Source of the DNA: Promethearchaeota archaeon
GTDB lineage: Archaea > Asgardarchaeota > Lokiarchaeia > Sigyniarchaeales > SOKP01
Assembly (NCBI GenBank): GCA_048940925.1
Contig: JBHLOC010000008.1
Location: 32,001-96,000 of the forward strand
Direction: 5' to 3'
DNA length: 64,000 bases
Shown here: positions 10,785 through 20,997 of the stretch, in pieces
Layout: each line of letters opens with the position of its first letter
Numbering within the stretch: position 1 is the stretch's first letter
Program-made: the position numbers and the translations under genes
Notes under the pieces: model-generated
Database searches by the model: none
Told to the model about the DNA's origin: nothing
The model's input: the letters and a program-made list of their open reading frames with translations, nothing else

Positions 10785-12635
10785 TTAAAGCAATGATTCA
10801 ATAAACGTCTTGAAAATATTATAATCATTAATAAATTCGTAGGATAAAAGCAAGTTAATAATCTTACATTGATGAGAGGGAAAAATTTGTGTTAAAGTAT
10901 CATAAATTTTTCCTCCTTTGAACATTGAATCATCAATTATGAGATTAACTATATCTCCCATCCTTTTTATCTTAGAATTTAAAATTTGTATTAACTCTGG
11001 TTCAGATGAGATAATTACTGTAGGTTTCCCTAAATATGGGATAAAATCTAAATTAAAGATATATAAAGGACTTGGTATGTTGGTAAAATTTCTAAAAAAT
11101 TGAATTAGGGTATTTTTCAATACTGCTGATTCATTCTCATTATAATTCTCTTTTGAGGGATAAATATAATACGCTATGGATTTTTTTGAATTAAGTTTTA
11201 AATCACTATACACACGATCGATTAAAGGAAAAATACTGAAATTAAAACTAAATAAAGATAATATTGCTATATTAAAATCGAAGTCACCTGAGAGGAGATT
11301 ATTACTTATATTACCTCCAGTAAGACTAAAATTCTTAATACTGTTATTAATATTCGATGTATATGTATTAAGTAAATAATATTGAGAAAATATTACCTCA
11401 GATTCAACTTTTGTTCTCACTTCATCTACAAGTACATAAATAACATCAAATAAATCTTTAGTTATGCCTTCTTTGAATTCTTGATTACTTATTCCTTCAA
11501 TTATAAGATCTGCCTCTTTTGGATTTAATATTTCTGCCAGAATACGAAGTGCATTTTCAAAGAAATCTGTTACAAGCTTTCGGGTCTTTTTTTCCCTTAA
11601 GCTGGATTCAAGTGACACTAAAAGTGTCTCAATTATCTTTTTTATAATTTTAATTAATTCTGCTTGATTATTTTTTTTGTGTAATTTTCTAGCAATGTTA
11701 AACAATAGTTTAACTTTTAAGAGTTGGTCTTTTATATACTCTGTTAACTTTATTGCTAAAATTGGATCTAATTCTGTTGTTTTTCCGATTATAGTAATTA
11801 GAACGCTTTCTTGTACAGATTCATCTCCAATGAGAAATGCTATTCTTATAGCTTGTTCTGGATTTGAAGAAACTTGATCTAAAGCCAAAAGTCTATATAT
11901 TCTTTGTTGAGTATTAAGATCATTTAAATTATTAACGAGTTGCAATATTTCATTTAAATTTTTTAGCGCATAAGTCCTTACTAAATTATAATAGAAGCTT
12001 ATTTGATCACTTGGATCTGATAATTGAAGAGCTAATTCTAATGCCCTGTGGGGATTCTGAACGGCTATATATCCTTTAGCTAATTTTTTTATATGTGAAT
12101 CTATATCCTTTATTGTTATTTTAGATGTGGAATCGAGATTGGATGATTTGTAGCTTTCTTGCATAACCCTTAATTCATTTTCTGCTTGCTCTATGTCTTT
12201 AAATGACATTGAAATAGTAAAATCCTCTGGATTTAACACATCTATAGTCTCTGGGATTTTGATACTCTTTTTGTCTAAAATTTTATTGCTTTTACTTTTA
12301 GGGACTGTTTCTCTTACTTTTTGGACTTTCACCGTATATTCTACGATTTTGAGCCAAAATACATTTATAATTAATTTCCCAAAACCATCTGCAGTTGGGT
12401 TCAATCTTAAATCTATATTTTTGGTTTCACCAGGTGTGAAGTCAATTGCATTTGTTAAATTTTCTGATGTCACAGAAATAGTTAAATTTTCTCCTTCAAA
12501 TGCGAAATGAAACTTTTCATTCTTGTTTGAATTATTTATTACTTGAAGTGAAACATCATTATTACCCTCTGGAATCATTAGATTCTGTGGAAATTTCGTA
12601 ATATTTAAAGAGATGATTTTAGTTTGATTTGACAT
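10785..12635 (-). CDS. Hypothetical protein (Ig-like N-terminus, helical repeats)
   Basis: 616-aa open frame; beta-rich N-terminus and repeated P..A+.+A helical units. Confidence 0.6.
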   Translation of the reverse strand: MSNQTKIISLNITKFPQNLMIPEGNNDVSLQVINNSNKNEKFHFAFEGENLTISVTSENLTNAIDFTPGETKNIDLRLNPTADGFGKLIINVFWLKIVEYTVKVQKVRETVPKSKSNKILDKKSIKIPETIDVLNPEDFTISMSFKDIEQAENELRVMQESYKSSNLDSTSKITIKDIDSHIKKLAKGYIAVQNPHRALELALQLSDPSDQISFYYNLVRTYALKNLNEILQLVNNLNDLNTQQRIYRLLALDQVSSNPEQAIRIAFLIGDESVQESVLITIIGKTTELDPILAIKLTEYIKDQLLKVKLLFNIARKLHKKNNQAELIKIIKKIIETLLVSLESSLREKKTRKLVTDFFENALRILAEILNPKEADLIIEGISNQEFKEGITKDLFDVIYVLVDEVRTKVESEVIFSQYYLLNTYTSNINNSIKNFSLTGGNISNNLLSGDFDFNIAILSLFSFNFSIFPLIDRVYSDLKLNSKKSIAYYIYPSKENYNENESAVLKNTLIQFFRNFTNIPSPLYIFNLDFIPYLGKPTVIISSEPELIQILNSKIKRMGDIVNLIIDDSMFKGGKIYDTLTQIFPSHQCKIINLLLSYEFINDYNIFKTFIESLL

Positions 12636-12748
12636 AATATATTCTATTTAGTTATCTGTAATTTAATAATGATTGAAATATCTCATAACTTTTTAGGTTT
12701 AAGAATTATACACATAATACTCTTTTTACAAAAAAAGCCTATAGCAGT

Positions 12749-13480
12749 TTATTCTCCCATTCGCCTATTTCTTTGAGAGTAATCCAGTAAATCCTCGATA
12801 ACCATTTCAGTATTATAATCGGGCCACAAGTCCTTCCTAAATTTAAATTCTGCATAAGAAGAATCCCATAATAAAAATCCCGATATTCTTGCTCCATCTT
12901 CCATGCCTGTTCTAATGACATAATCTAAGGGGGGAAAATTATTTGTGTATAAATATTTCTTAATAAGTTCAGTATTGATATCCTCAGATTTAATTCCATC
13001 ATTTATTATTCCTTTCACAGCATCAACGATTTCTTCATGGCCATCATACATTATACAAAGGTTGATAAAATTTTGATCGTGATTTTTTGTAAAGTCAATT
13101 AATTCTTCAAGCTTATTTCTAGCTTCATCAGGTAACATATGAATTCGACCTATAGTGTTAAATCTCACTTTTTCTTCTTTCACAATCGACTCATTGATTA
13201 CAGTATCAACAGCTTTTATCATTATTTTATATATATATCCTAATTCTTCGGATGTTCGTTTTTTAACGTTTTCGAGTGATAATACATATAAACTTAAATA
13301 ATGAATTCCTGCCTCAAAGAAATCAAATAATCTTTTTTTAAGATTTTCATAGCCTACCAAATGACCAAAATTAACATCAAGTTTTCTCTTTTTCGCCCAT
13401 CTTCTGTTGCCATCTATAATTAAGCCCACATGTTTAGGTTTTCTGTCTAATACCTTTAGCTCGTCTAGAGTTGTTTGCAT
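12749..13480 (-). CDS. uppS: cis-prenyltransferase (undecaprenyl/polyprenyl diphosphate synthase)
   Basis: PKHVGLIIDGNRRWA and DYVIRTG..RISGFLLW..YAE. Confidence 0.93.
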   Translation of the reverse strand: MQTTLDELKVLDRKPKHVGLIIDGNRRWAKKRKLDVNFGHLVGYENLKKRLFDFFEAGIHYLSLYVLSLENVKKRTSEELGYIYKIMIKAVDTVINESIVKEEKVRFNTIGRIHMLPDEARNKLEELIDFTKNHDQNFINLCIMYDGHEEIVDAVKGIINDGIKSEDINTELIKKYLYTNNFPPLDYVIRTGMEDGARISGFLLWDSSYAEFKFRKDLWPDYNTEMVIEDLLDYSQRNRRMGE

Positions 13481-14139
13481 TAATCTAAATAAAATGTTTT
13501 TTTTATTTCAATATTAATATTAGTATTAAAAGTATTAAATATATCGAAAATATAAAATTGAGATAGATTGTAGTAGACTCTTCTTATCAATTGTCTTGTT
13601 TTCGTAAAAAGGTCATAAATAATATTCAGAATCACAAGTAATTGAAAGTGAAAAAAGAATTTTTAATGCATCACTTAATTATGAGGATGTCTGTTGGTTG
13701 ATATATCTCGAAGAAATAAATGCATATCCCTGAAGTCTTATTTAAAAAAGAAAATATCAAAAAGTGAAAATTATATGCTATTAATTAGTTAGCTTTATAC
13801 TTGAATTTTAGAATATTATCCACTACAAAGTCAAATTCCTTATTTAAGATTGTTATATAAAGTTTTTTTGGGGGGTTTAAATTAATTATAGACATATATA
13901 TAATATACTAAAATTTAGACTAGGCTACATTACAAAAATTTAAGTTCTCAAAATTATATATAATTAATGGAGATATTAAAACTAGATATTTGAACTAAAT
14001 AGACCAATATTGAATGTTATCTGGGTTTAGAGCGATAAAAAATGAACTCTGATTGGATATTTGAAATAGAAATAATTAATTTAAATCAAATGGTTTAAAA
14101 AAAAAAAATTGTGACTTTTCAAAAAATAAGGTGAGCTTT

Positions 14140-14526
14140 ATGATAGAAGTATTAAATAGACATAAGAAGAGAATAGGATTTATTGAAGAAAACAAATTCT
14201 TCAATGAGAAAAAAAAATTACTTGGATCAATAGAGAAGGGAATTGTAAAGAACGAAAAGGGTCGAGTTCTTATAAGAATTGATAAACATGATGGTATTTT
14301 TTTTGAAAATGAACAAGTAGGATTTATTCTTGAATCTACAATTTATTACAGAGAAAAACCTATCTACGAGTTTTCAAAAGAAAAAGGAGAAATTCATACT
14401 TCTGATGGGAATAAATCTTTAATTTTAAAAGGTGAGATAGAAAATCTTGAAGATGGGGATTTTTTCGGAATTGCTTCAGTCTATCTTGAATCTCAATGGT
14501 GGGAAAGAGTTACTGGAAAAAAATAA
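14140..14526 (+). CDS. Hypothetical beta-rich protein
   Basis: Open frame; SD AGGTGAG favours the ATG at 14140. Confidence 0.55.
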   Translation: MIEVLNRHKKRIGFIEENKFFNEKKKLLGSIEKGIVKNEKGRVLIRIDKHDGIFFENEQVGFILESTIYYREKPIYEFSKEKGEIHTSDGNKSLILKGEIENLEDGDFFGIASVYLESQWWERVTGKK

Positions 14527-15081
14527 ATTAAACTCAAGAATATTTTTAAAAATATCAAATACAAATTTTTAACCTTCTCTAAAATTTTTCACTATTAATA
14601 GAGATTAACCTGTAATATATTTAAATTAAATGCCTCTTCTGTCTTCCATAATTATTGCCTTTAAAAACCAGAAATTTCAAAATTATCATAATCTCCAAGT
14701 ATTTAAGGCAAGCGTTTGGATGATAAAAGTGCTACAATATCCTTAATTGTAAGATTAGTTAGTTATTTTATTCTAGCATAAAATTATTAATCCTATTTCA
14801 CAAAATAGGTCTATGAATGCCTTTATGGGTATTGGAGTTGAATTGAATATATTGAGTAACGTTATATCCTTCTGGTGAAATGGTTACTGTCATGATGTTC
14901 TCCTTGTGTATGCCTATTACTTTAAACGGATACTTATAAAAATTAAAGAGGTTGTGGATTTTCTTCTTCTCCTTTTTTTTTATAAAATTATCTAATACTT
15001 TTTTTGACTCTTTAATAAAAATATAAATAGAAATAAAACACATCATTAATATATCCAGAATTCTATAAAAAAAAGAATTGG

Positions 15082-15837
15082 GTGAAATTAATTAGAGAAT
15101 ATAAAAATTATATTTGGATCATTGTTCTAATTGGCGGAGTTCTTACACTTGTGTCATTCTTTACCCCCGCATTCTATTATGATCGATATCCATTAGAAGA
15201 ACATTATTGGATGTGGGGATTATATTATAGTAAAAGTGTAGAGTATGGTTCTGATACATTATTCATTCCTATGGAAGAGCCCACACAATATACTATACCA
15301 ATATTTCTATCGGGTATAATTCCTGCTATGATGATATTAATTGGCGCACTAATACTTATTGCGATAGCAAATAGCGTCAGGATTGGAAGAAAAGATATAA
15401 AAAATGTTGAAAATAAGGTAATTGGTGGAGGATTATATCTAATCACAGCCTCAGTAATTTATTTAATTGGTATACAAGTTACAATGGGTAATTACATTGA
15501 ATATCTTTGGAAGATGCTAACTGATGAATATGACTATTACGATATTGTTATACCTGACTTATGGGATATCTATGAACCAGGGTTTGCAATTATTGGTCCA
15601 TTTATTGGAGCGGGTCTAGCGATTACGGCAGGGGTTGCTAGTAAAGTCACTCAACCACCAAAAGAAGTAATTAAAATTCAAGAAAGGCAAGATTTCATAG
15701 AAAAACAACCAACAACATCAATTTCACAACCAGAACCGATTTCCAACGAAATTTTATTTTGTCCAGAATGCGGGAAAAAAAGAATATATAAAGAAAGTAA
15801 ATTCTGTTCTCACTGCGGATTTGAATTTAAATCCTAA
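15082..15837 (+). CDS. 4-TM membrane protein with C-terminal zinc ribbon
   Basis: Four hydrophobic segments; FCPECG..FCSHCG at the C-terminus. Confidence 0.75.
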   Translation: MKLIREYKNYIWIIVLIGGVLTLVSFFTPAFYYDRYPLEEHYWMWGLYYSKSVEYGSDTLFIPMEEPTQYTIPIFLSGIIPAMMILIGALILIAIANSVRIGRKDIKNVENKVIGGGLYLITASVIYLIGIQVTMGNYIEYLWKMLTDEYDYYDIVIPDLWDIYEPGFAIIGPFIGAGLAITAGVASKVTQPPKEVIKIQERQDFIEKQPTTSISQPEPISNEILFCPECGKKRIYKESKFCSHCGFEFKS

Positions 15838-16114
15838 TAGAAAAAATCATTATTAATTTTACTTTTATTATTCTTCTCTCCTCCTAAAATGTGAAAGTTT
15901 GCTAAATAAAGTTCAAATGAAAGAATTAATCACAGAACTGTATATGATTATAGTAGGGGATATGCAGTATAGTTCGATGAGTTACTATTGCAATCCGAAA
16001 TTTAGGGAACTTAATCGTCTTATAATCTTAATTTTTAAGAAAAAAAAAATAAGTTTTTTAGAATATATATAATTCACTCTTGAGCTTTGAAAAAGAAAAA
16101 AAGTCCATTTAATA

Positions 16115-16429
16115 TTAACCTTTTATTTGTTTTTTCAAGTTTACCACAATTGGGAGTACCTTAACTACCTCGATAGCAGGAGTCGTTTTAATAAATTTAA
16201 TAAATCCAGGTTTAGCAATTCTCCACATATTAGCACTCTTTACCATAGCTTCTTCACTTTCGGCTTCATCTATCTCAATACCCCAATAATCCGTAGTACT
16301 AATATAATATGCTAGTTGTTTAACTCCTTCAGCTGGATAGAGTTTCTTACTAATAAGCTCTTGTGCTATCTCAGCCATTTCTCCTGGATCAAAATCAGGA
16401 TTTAACTCCCAGTATGAAATAAATATCAT
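16115..16429 (-). CDS. Small DUF3303-like protein
   Basis: 104 aa; SD AAGGTGGT; pattern F+..W..P.G+K.L.....G+.I.EAES....TPA. Confidence 0.6.
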   Translation of the reverse strand: MIFISYWELNPDFDPGEMAEIAQELISKKLYPAEGVKQLAYYISTTDYWGIEIDEAESEEAMVKSANMWRIAKPGFIKFIKTTPAIEVVKVLPIVVNLKKQIKG

Positions 16430-16926
16430 TTTTATTTACCACCTTAATATAATTTGATTTTTTAATTTGTTTTATTATTAGATTTCAGTGTAAAATACAA
16501 AGTGAAAAGTAGATATTTAAATTTATTCTAAAGTTAGGATCATAGACAAGAGATAATTTTCTATTATTTTACGATTTTATCAAAAATCGGTTTTTAAGTG
16601 TCCAAATAATAATCATACTCAATGCTATTAATTAATTTAGAAGAATCATGATGTAATAACCATTTATGGCGGGTGTCTCTATAGGTGCTACACCTTCAGT
16701 CTAAATTAATTTTACTTATATATACCACGACTTATTAGCAGGTCTACTACAGATATTTGTTTATCATTAAGTTTTCTTAATTCCGATATAAGATTGTTAT
16801 TGTGATATAATTAAAAAAAAAAAATTTAGATGCTCAATAGCTATTTTGTGATTATTGTTATCTATTAGATAGTTATATTCAAATGAATCTTCTAATGATG
16901 AAGTCATTTCTGGAATAAAAATTCTC

Positions 16927-16977
16927 TATTATTCATAGAATTTTATCGTATTATTTCATCTCATACTCTTATTGTTC
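16927..16977 (+). repeat. 51-bp direct repeat, copy 1
   Basis: Identical to 19062-19112 at 44 of 51 positions by manual alignment. Confidence 0.8.
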
Positions 16978-17175
16978 TATTGATACGTTTTGTAAATTCT
17001 TAGGAACGCTTAAGAGTGTAATTTGAGTTATTTTGTTTTCAAAAAGATTTAATTCTCTTAAATTAAGTAAGTAAATAATCCATTAATTGTAATTATATTT
17101 AATAGAGTAATTGACTTAATATATTAATTATATCTTGAAATTTCTTGTCCCAAAATTCTCAAATCTTTTATAAGT

Positions 17176-18957
17176 ATGTATCAATTGAATCCTGAGGAAT
17201 TAATTAAAGCAAAAAAACTCATCAACGATGGCCAGTTAGATGAGGCTCTTCAATTAATCAACAATTACGAGGAAAAGGGTGAAACTACTATTGAGGCTCT
17301 AGTTTCATGTCATCTCCTCAAGTGTAACCTTTTATATCAGCAGGGCTTATTTGAAAATATCGTTAAACTTGCCGAACAAACTTATAAAGAGAGTCTAGAA
17401 TTAGGTAATAATCTCCTTTCGGTTGATGCGATACTTCAAATAGCTTTGGCATTAATAAACCTTTATAAATTGGAAAAAGGTTATGATCTAATTAAACAGG
17501 GGGAAGAACTACTAAAATTACTAAAATTTGAATTACCAACTGAGTATAAGCAAAGAGAGGCTAATCTAGCATATGTTAAAGGTATGTTTTACTGGCAACA
17601 AGGTGATGCTGATCAAGCATTAAAGCACTTAGAACACAGTTTAGCTTTATGTGAAGAACTCGATATTGAACCGGGAGTTGCCCAATCTCTTTTTAGAATA
17701 GCATGGATACTTGGTGTTTTTAAAGGCGAACTTGATCGTGCTTTAGAATATGCAGAACGAAGTATGGTTCTTGCTAAGGAAATTAATAATAAATTTAATG
17801 TTGCATGGAGCCTTAATGTCATGGCGGTATTACACTCTTTTAAGGGGGATTTAGGTAATGCTAATATGCTCTTTAAGCAATCCTTGGTAATTTTTGAGGA
17901 ACTTAACAATAAAATCATGACGGCAAGGGTTCTTAATAATATTACAAGTAACTATAGAAAAAGAGGGGAATTAAATCTTGCTTTAGAATCTATAGAAAAA
18001 TGTATAGCAATAAACAAAGTATTAGGAGATTTAAGACATGTAGCTAATAATCATGATTTTTTAATTAAAACATTAATTGATATGGGCGATATAAATCGGG
18101 CACAACATGCCCTTTATGAATTGGAGCAATTGAAAAACCAGTTAAACGACAAAATAATAAATTTAATGTATATTCTTGATAAGGCTTTAGTATTAAAAAC
18201 AAGCTTAAGAGCTCGCAATCGAGGTAAAGCTGAAGAATTATTTATCCAAATCCTTGAAGTTGAGGATATATCTTATGAAGACAAAATAGTAGCACTAATA
18301 AATTTATGTGAATTACTCCTAATTGAATTGCGAATAACCAACGATTTGGAGGTGTTGGACGAATTAAAGCAGTATATTACTCAACTTTTAGATATTGCTG
18401 ATCATATGCAGTCCTATTGGATTCTGTGCGAAACTTATCTTTTACAAGCAAAGTTATCACTTTTAACCTTTGATATAAAAAAAGCTAGACGATTTTTGAT
18501 ACAAGCCCAACAAATTGCTGAAAGATTTTATCTTACTCAGTTAAAAGTGAAAATTACCAATGAAAACATGGAATTACTTAAAAAGTTAGACTTATGGGAA
18601 AGATTAAAAGAAACAGATGCACCGATAGCAGAACGCATGAAATTAGCTCGTTTAGATGATAAAATTGAAATTGTGGTTCAGGACAGTACTATATTAACTG
18701 CTCAAGTCAGAGAAGAGAAAGTTGATATTTATAAAAAGAAGAAAATTTGCTTGGTTTGTCGTGGTGAAGTGTTACGATTCTCATACATCTGTGAATGTGG
18801 GACAATTTATTGCGAGAATTGTGCTCGAGCATTAACGAATTTGGAAAATGCATGCTGGACATGTGAAGCCCCAATTGATTATACAAAACCTGTTAAATTA
18901 TATAAAGAAGAAGAAAATAAGAAAATTGAGGAAAAAGGAAAGAAAAAACAAAATTAA
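17176..18957 (+). CDS. TPR protein with C-terminal Cys-rich RING-like domain
   Basis: TPR helices (A..L..+G.+....G+.+.AL); C-terminal CLVC..CECG..YCENC..CWTC. Confidence 0.8.
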   Translation: MYQLNPEELIKAKKLINDGQLDEALQLINNYEEKGETTIEALVSCHLLKCNLLYQQGLFENIVKLAEQTYKESLELGNNLLSVDAILQIALALINLYKLEKGYDLIKQGEELLKLLKFELPTEYKQREANLAYVKGMFYWQQGDADQALKHLEHSLALCEELDIEPGVAQSLFRIAWILGVFKGELDRALEYAERSMVLAKEINNKFNVAWSLNVMAVLHSFKGDLGNANMLFKQSLVIFEELNNKIMTARVLNNITSNYRKRGELNLALESIEKCIAINKVLGDLRHVANNHDFLIKTLIDMGDINRAQHALYELEQLKNQLNDKIINLMYILDKALVLKTSLRARNRGKAEELFIQILEVEDISYEDKIVALINLCELLLIELRITNDLEVLDELKQYITQLLDIADHMQSYWILCETYLLQAKLSLLTFDIKKARRFLIQAQQIAERFYLTQLKVKITNENMELLKKLDLWERLKETDAPIAERMKLARLDDKIEIVVQDSTILTAQVREEKVDIYKKKKICLVCRGEVLRFSYICECGTIYCENCARALTNLENACWTCEAPIDYTKPVKLYKEEENKKIEEKGKKKQN

Positions 18958-19061
18958 TCTGATAAATTCGACAAAAAAGAAAAGTAGATTTAGGATTAGC
19001 AGCAGCAACTTATAATTAAATAAAAATTTCTTTTCTTTTTTTTTACTTCAAAAAAAATATA

Positions 19062-19112
19062 TATTATCCATAGTTTTTTGTCGTATTATTACATCTCATA
19101 CTCTTAATCTTC
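19062..19112 (+). repeat. 51-bp direct repeat, copy 2
   Basis: Matches 16927-16977. Confidence 0.8.
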
Positions 19113-19260
19113 GAAATTATTATTCATATCGTTAATCTTAAATATGAATTTTTGATACTTCGTTTTAATTAGATAAGTTTTTGAATAAATAAATATTACA
19201 TTTAATAATTGATCTTATCATTGAAATAAAGGAAAATTAACACTATAAGCGATTCTATTA

Positions 19261-20895
19261 ATGCTATCTGACGACTATTTATTTTCTGACATTGGAATTG
19301 ATTCAATTGGTTTTTATGCTCCAAGGAACTACGTTAGCTTGAAAGAACTCGCATTGGAAAGAAAAGTTGATCCTGCTAAGTATGAGAAAGGACTTCTATC
19401 AAAAGAAATGCGCGTTCCTGAAGTGGATGAAGATATTATTTCTCTTGGATTGAAAGCAGGATATAGCGCATTACAACGAGGTAATATTCCTCCTAAAACC
19501 ATTGATGCATTATTTGTTGGTACTGAAACAGAAGTATATGCTGCGAAGAGTATATCAAATATCTTCGCTGAGATGTTGAATATTTCTCCCAATTCTTTAA
19601 CTCAAGATATCTATAATGCCTGTGCAGGTGGTACACTAGCAATTCTTAATGCAATTGCAATGATTGAAAAAGAAATAATTAACAAAGCTCTTATTATAAG
19701 CGCTGACATCTCATCATATCACCTAGGCTCTCCAGGTGAACCAACACAAGGCTCGGGAGCTATCGCTATGGTAATCTCAAAGGATCCTCGTATAGCATCA
19801 TTCAGTAAAAAGTTTGGAAGGATCTCCGGAAATGTCAATGATTTTTTTAGACCCCCAAATGATAAAAATGCAAGAGCCTTTGGTCAATATTCTCAAGATA
19901 GTTATATTGATTTCCAATTAAAGGCTTACGATGATTTAATTGATAATGCTGGAGATTTTCATGCAGATTTCTATACATTTCATGCTCCTTTTAGTAAATT
20001 ACCTTTAAAAATTATGCAACAAATCATATTGAAACGTTGGATAAAACACATAAGTGATTTACCAAAATTTGAACGAAATAAATTTAGATCCTCAATTTTA
20101 AAGAAAATTGATTCATTTTTACATGATGTAACTGTTTTACCAGAATATATTTACTTAAAACTAAATGAAAGAGGATTTTCTTCCTCCACACTGGAACGAC
20201 TTTCAATGTGGGTGAATACAAATGTTAAAGCACGAGTACTTCCTCAATTACGAGTTCCTATGCATTTTGGTAATATGTACAATGCGAGTGTTTGGGCACA
20301 AATAATTTTTCTTCTAGAGAATCATGTTCATGCTAATGATATAATTTATTTTGGATCTTACGGCTCCGGAGCAACATGTATTTCAGGTTTATTAAAAGTC
20401 CAAGATGATTACAATGATGTTGTCCAAAATGGTCCGAAAATAAATGATTTCATTCATTTAAAGAAGAAGAAATCAGTATTAGAATATGAACTTATAAAAA
20501 ACGGAGATGTAAAGCCAATAGTTTTATTAGGAAAGATTGCTGAGCACGAACAAAACAATCATAGGGGTTTTACACTCCATTTTTGTGATGAGGGATGTAT
20601 TATTCCGAACATAAAAGGATTAGATCGTTGTCCTAAAGGTCATACAGGCTACCATGAAAGATTTTTTCCACTTTTTGCTAAACTGACCTCTGACCCTATT
20701 GCTCAAAATGATATTGAGGACCTTAGTTATCTAAATAAAGGCCTTGTAAGAGTAGCAAGTAATGTAAGTAAGGGTAGCTCTCTAGAATATGAAATAAGGA
20801 GAGTTGAAAGAGAATTTGAAGAAAATCTCAATGCTAAAGGGCTCTTAAACTGGACTCCTTTCTATATTAATCTCCCAAATCACCATGTTTACTAG
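19261..20895 (+). CDS. mvaS: HMG-CoA synthase with C-terminal DUF35-like extension
   Basis: VGTE, NACAGGT (catalytic Cys), EPTQGSGA, FHAPF, GNMYNAS and SYGSG. Confidence 0.9.
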   Translation: MLSDDYLFSDIGIDSIGFYAPRNYVSLKELALERKVDPAKYEKGLLSKEMRVPEVDEDIISLGLKAGYSALQRGNIPPKTIDALFVGTETEVYAAKSISNIFAEMLNISPNSLTQDIYNACAGGTLAILNAIAMIEKEIINKALIISADISSYHLGSPGEPTQGSGAIAMVISKDPRIASFSKKFGRISGNVNDFFRPPNDKNARAFGQYSQDSYIDFQLKAYDDLIDNAGDFHADFYTFHAPFSKLPLKIMQQIILKRWIKHISDLPKFERNKFRSSILKKIDSFLHDVTVLPEYIYLKLNERGFSSSTLERLSMWVNTNVKARVLPQLRVPMHFGNMYNASVWAQIIFLLENHVHANDIIYFGSYGSGATCISGLLKVQDDYNDVVQNGPKINDFIHLKKKKSVLEYELIKNGDVKPIVLLGKIAEHEQNNHRGFTLHFCDEGCIIPNIKGLDRCPKGHTGYHERFFPLFAKLTSDPIAQNDIEDLSYLNKGLVRVASNVSKGSSLEYEIRRVEREFEENLNAKGLLNWTPFYINLPNHHVY

Positions 20896-20997
20896 AATTT
20901 ATCCAGTTTTTTACCTGTATTGAATCTACAAAAGGTAAAGTAAAGTGTAAGAAAATTTAGACAAAACTTATTAAATTTTTGAATTTATGAAAAATTA

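Noticed and set aside
13481-15081. Possible decayed genes in the long AT-rich spacers, including ORF 14798-15046
   Set aside because: Multiple stops and no recognisable homology, so no call can be supported.
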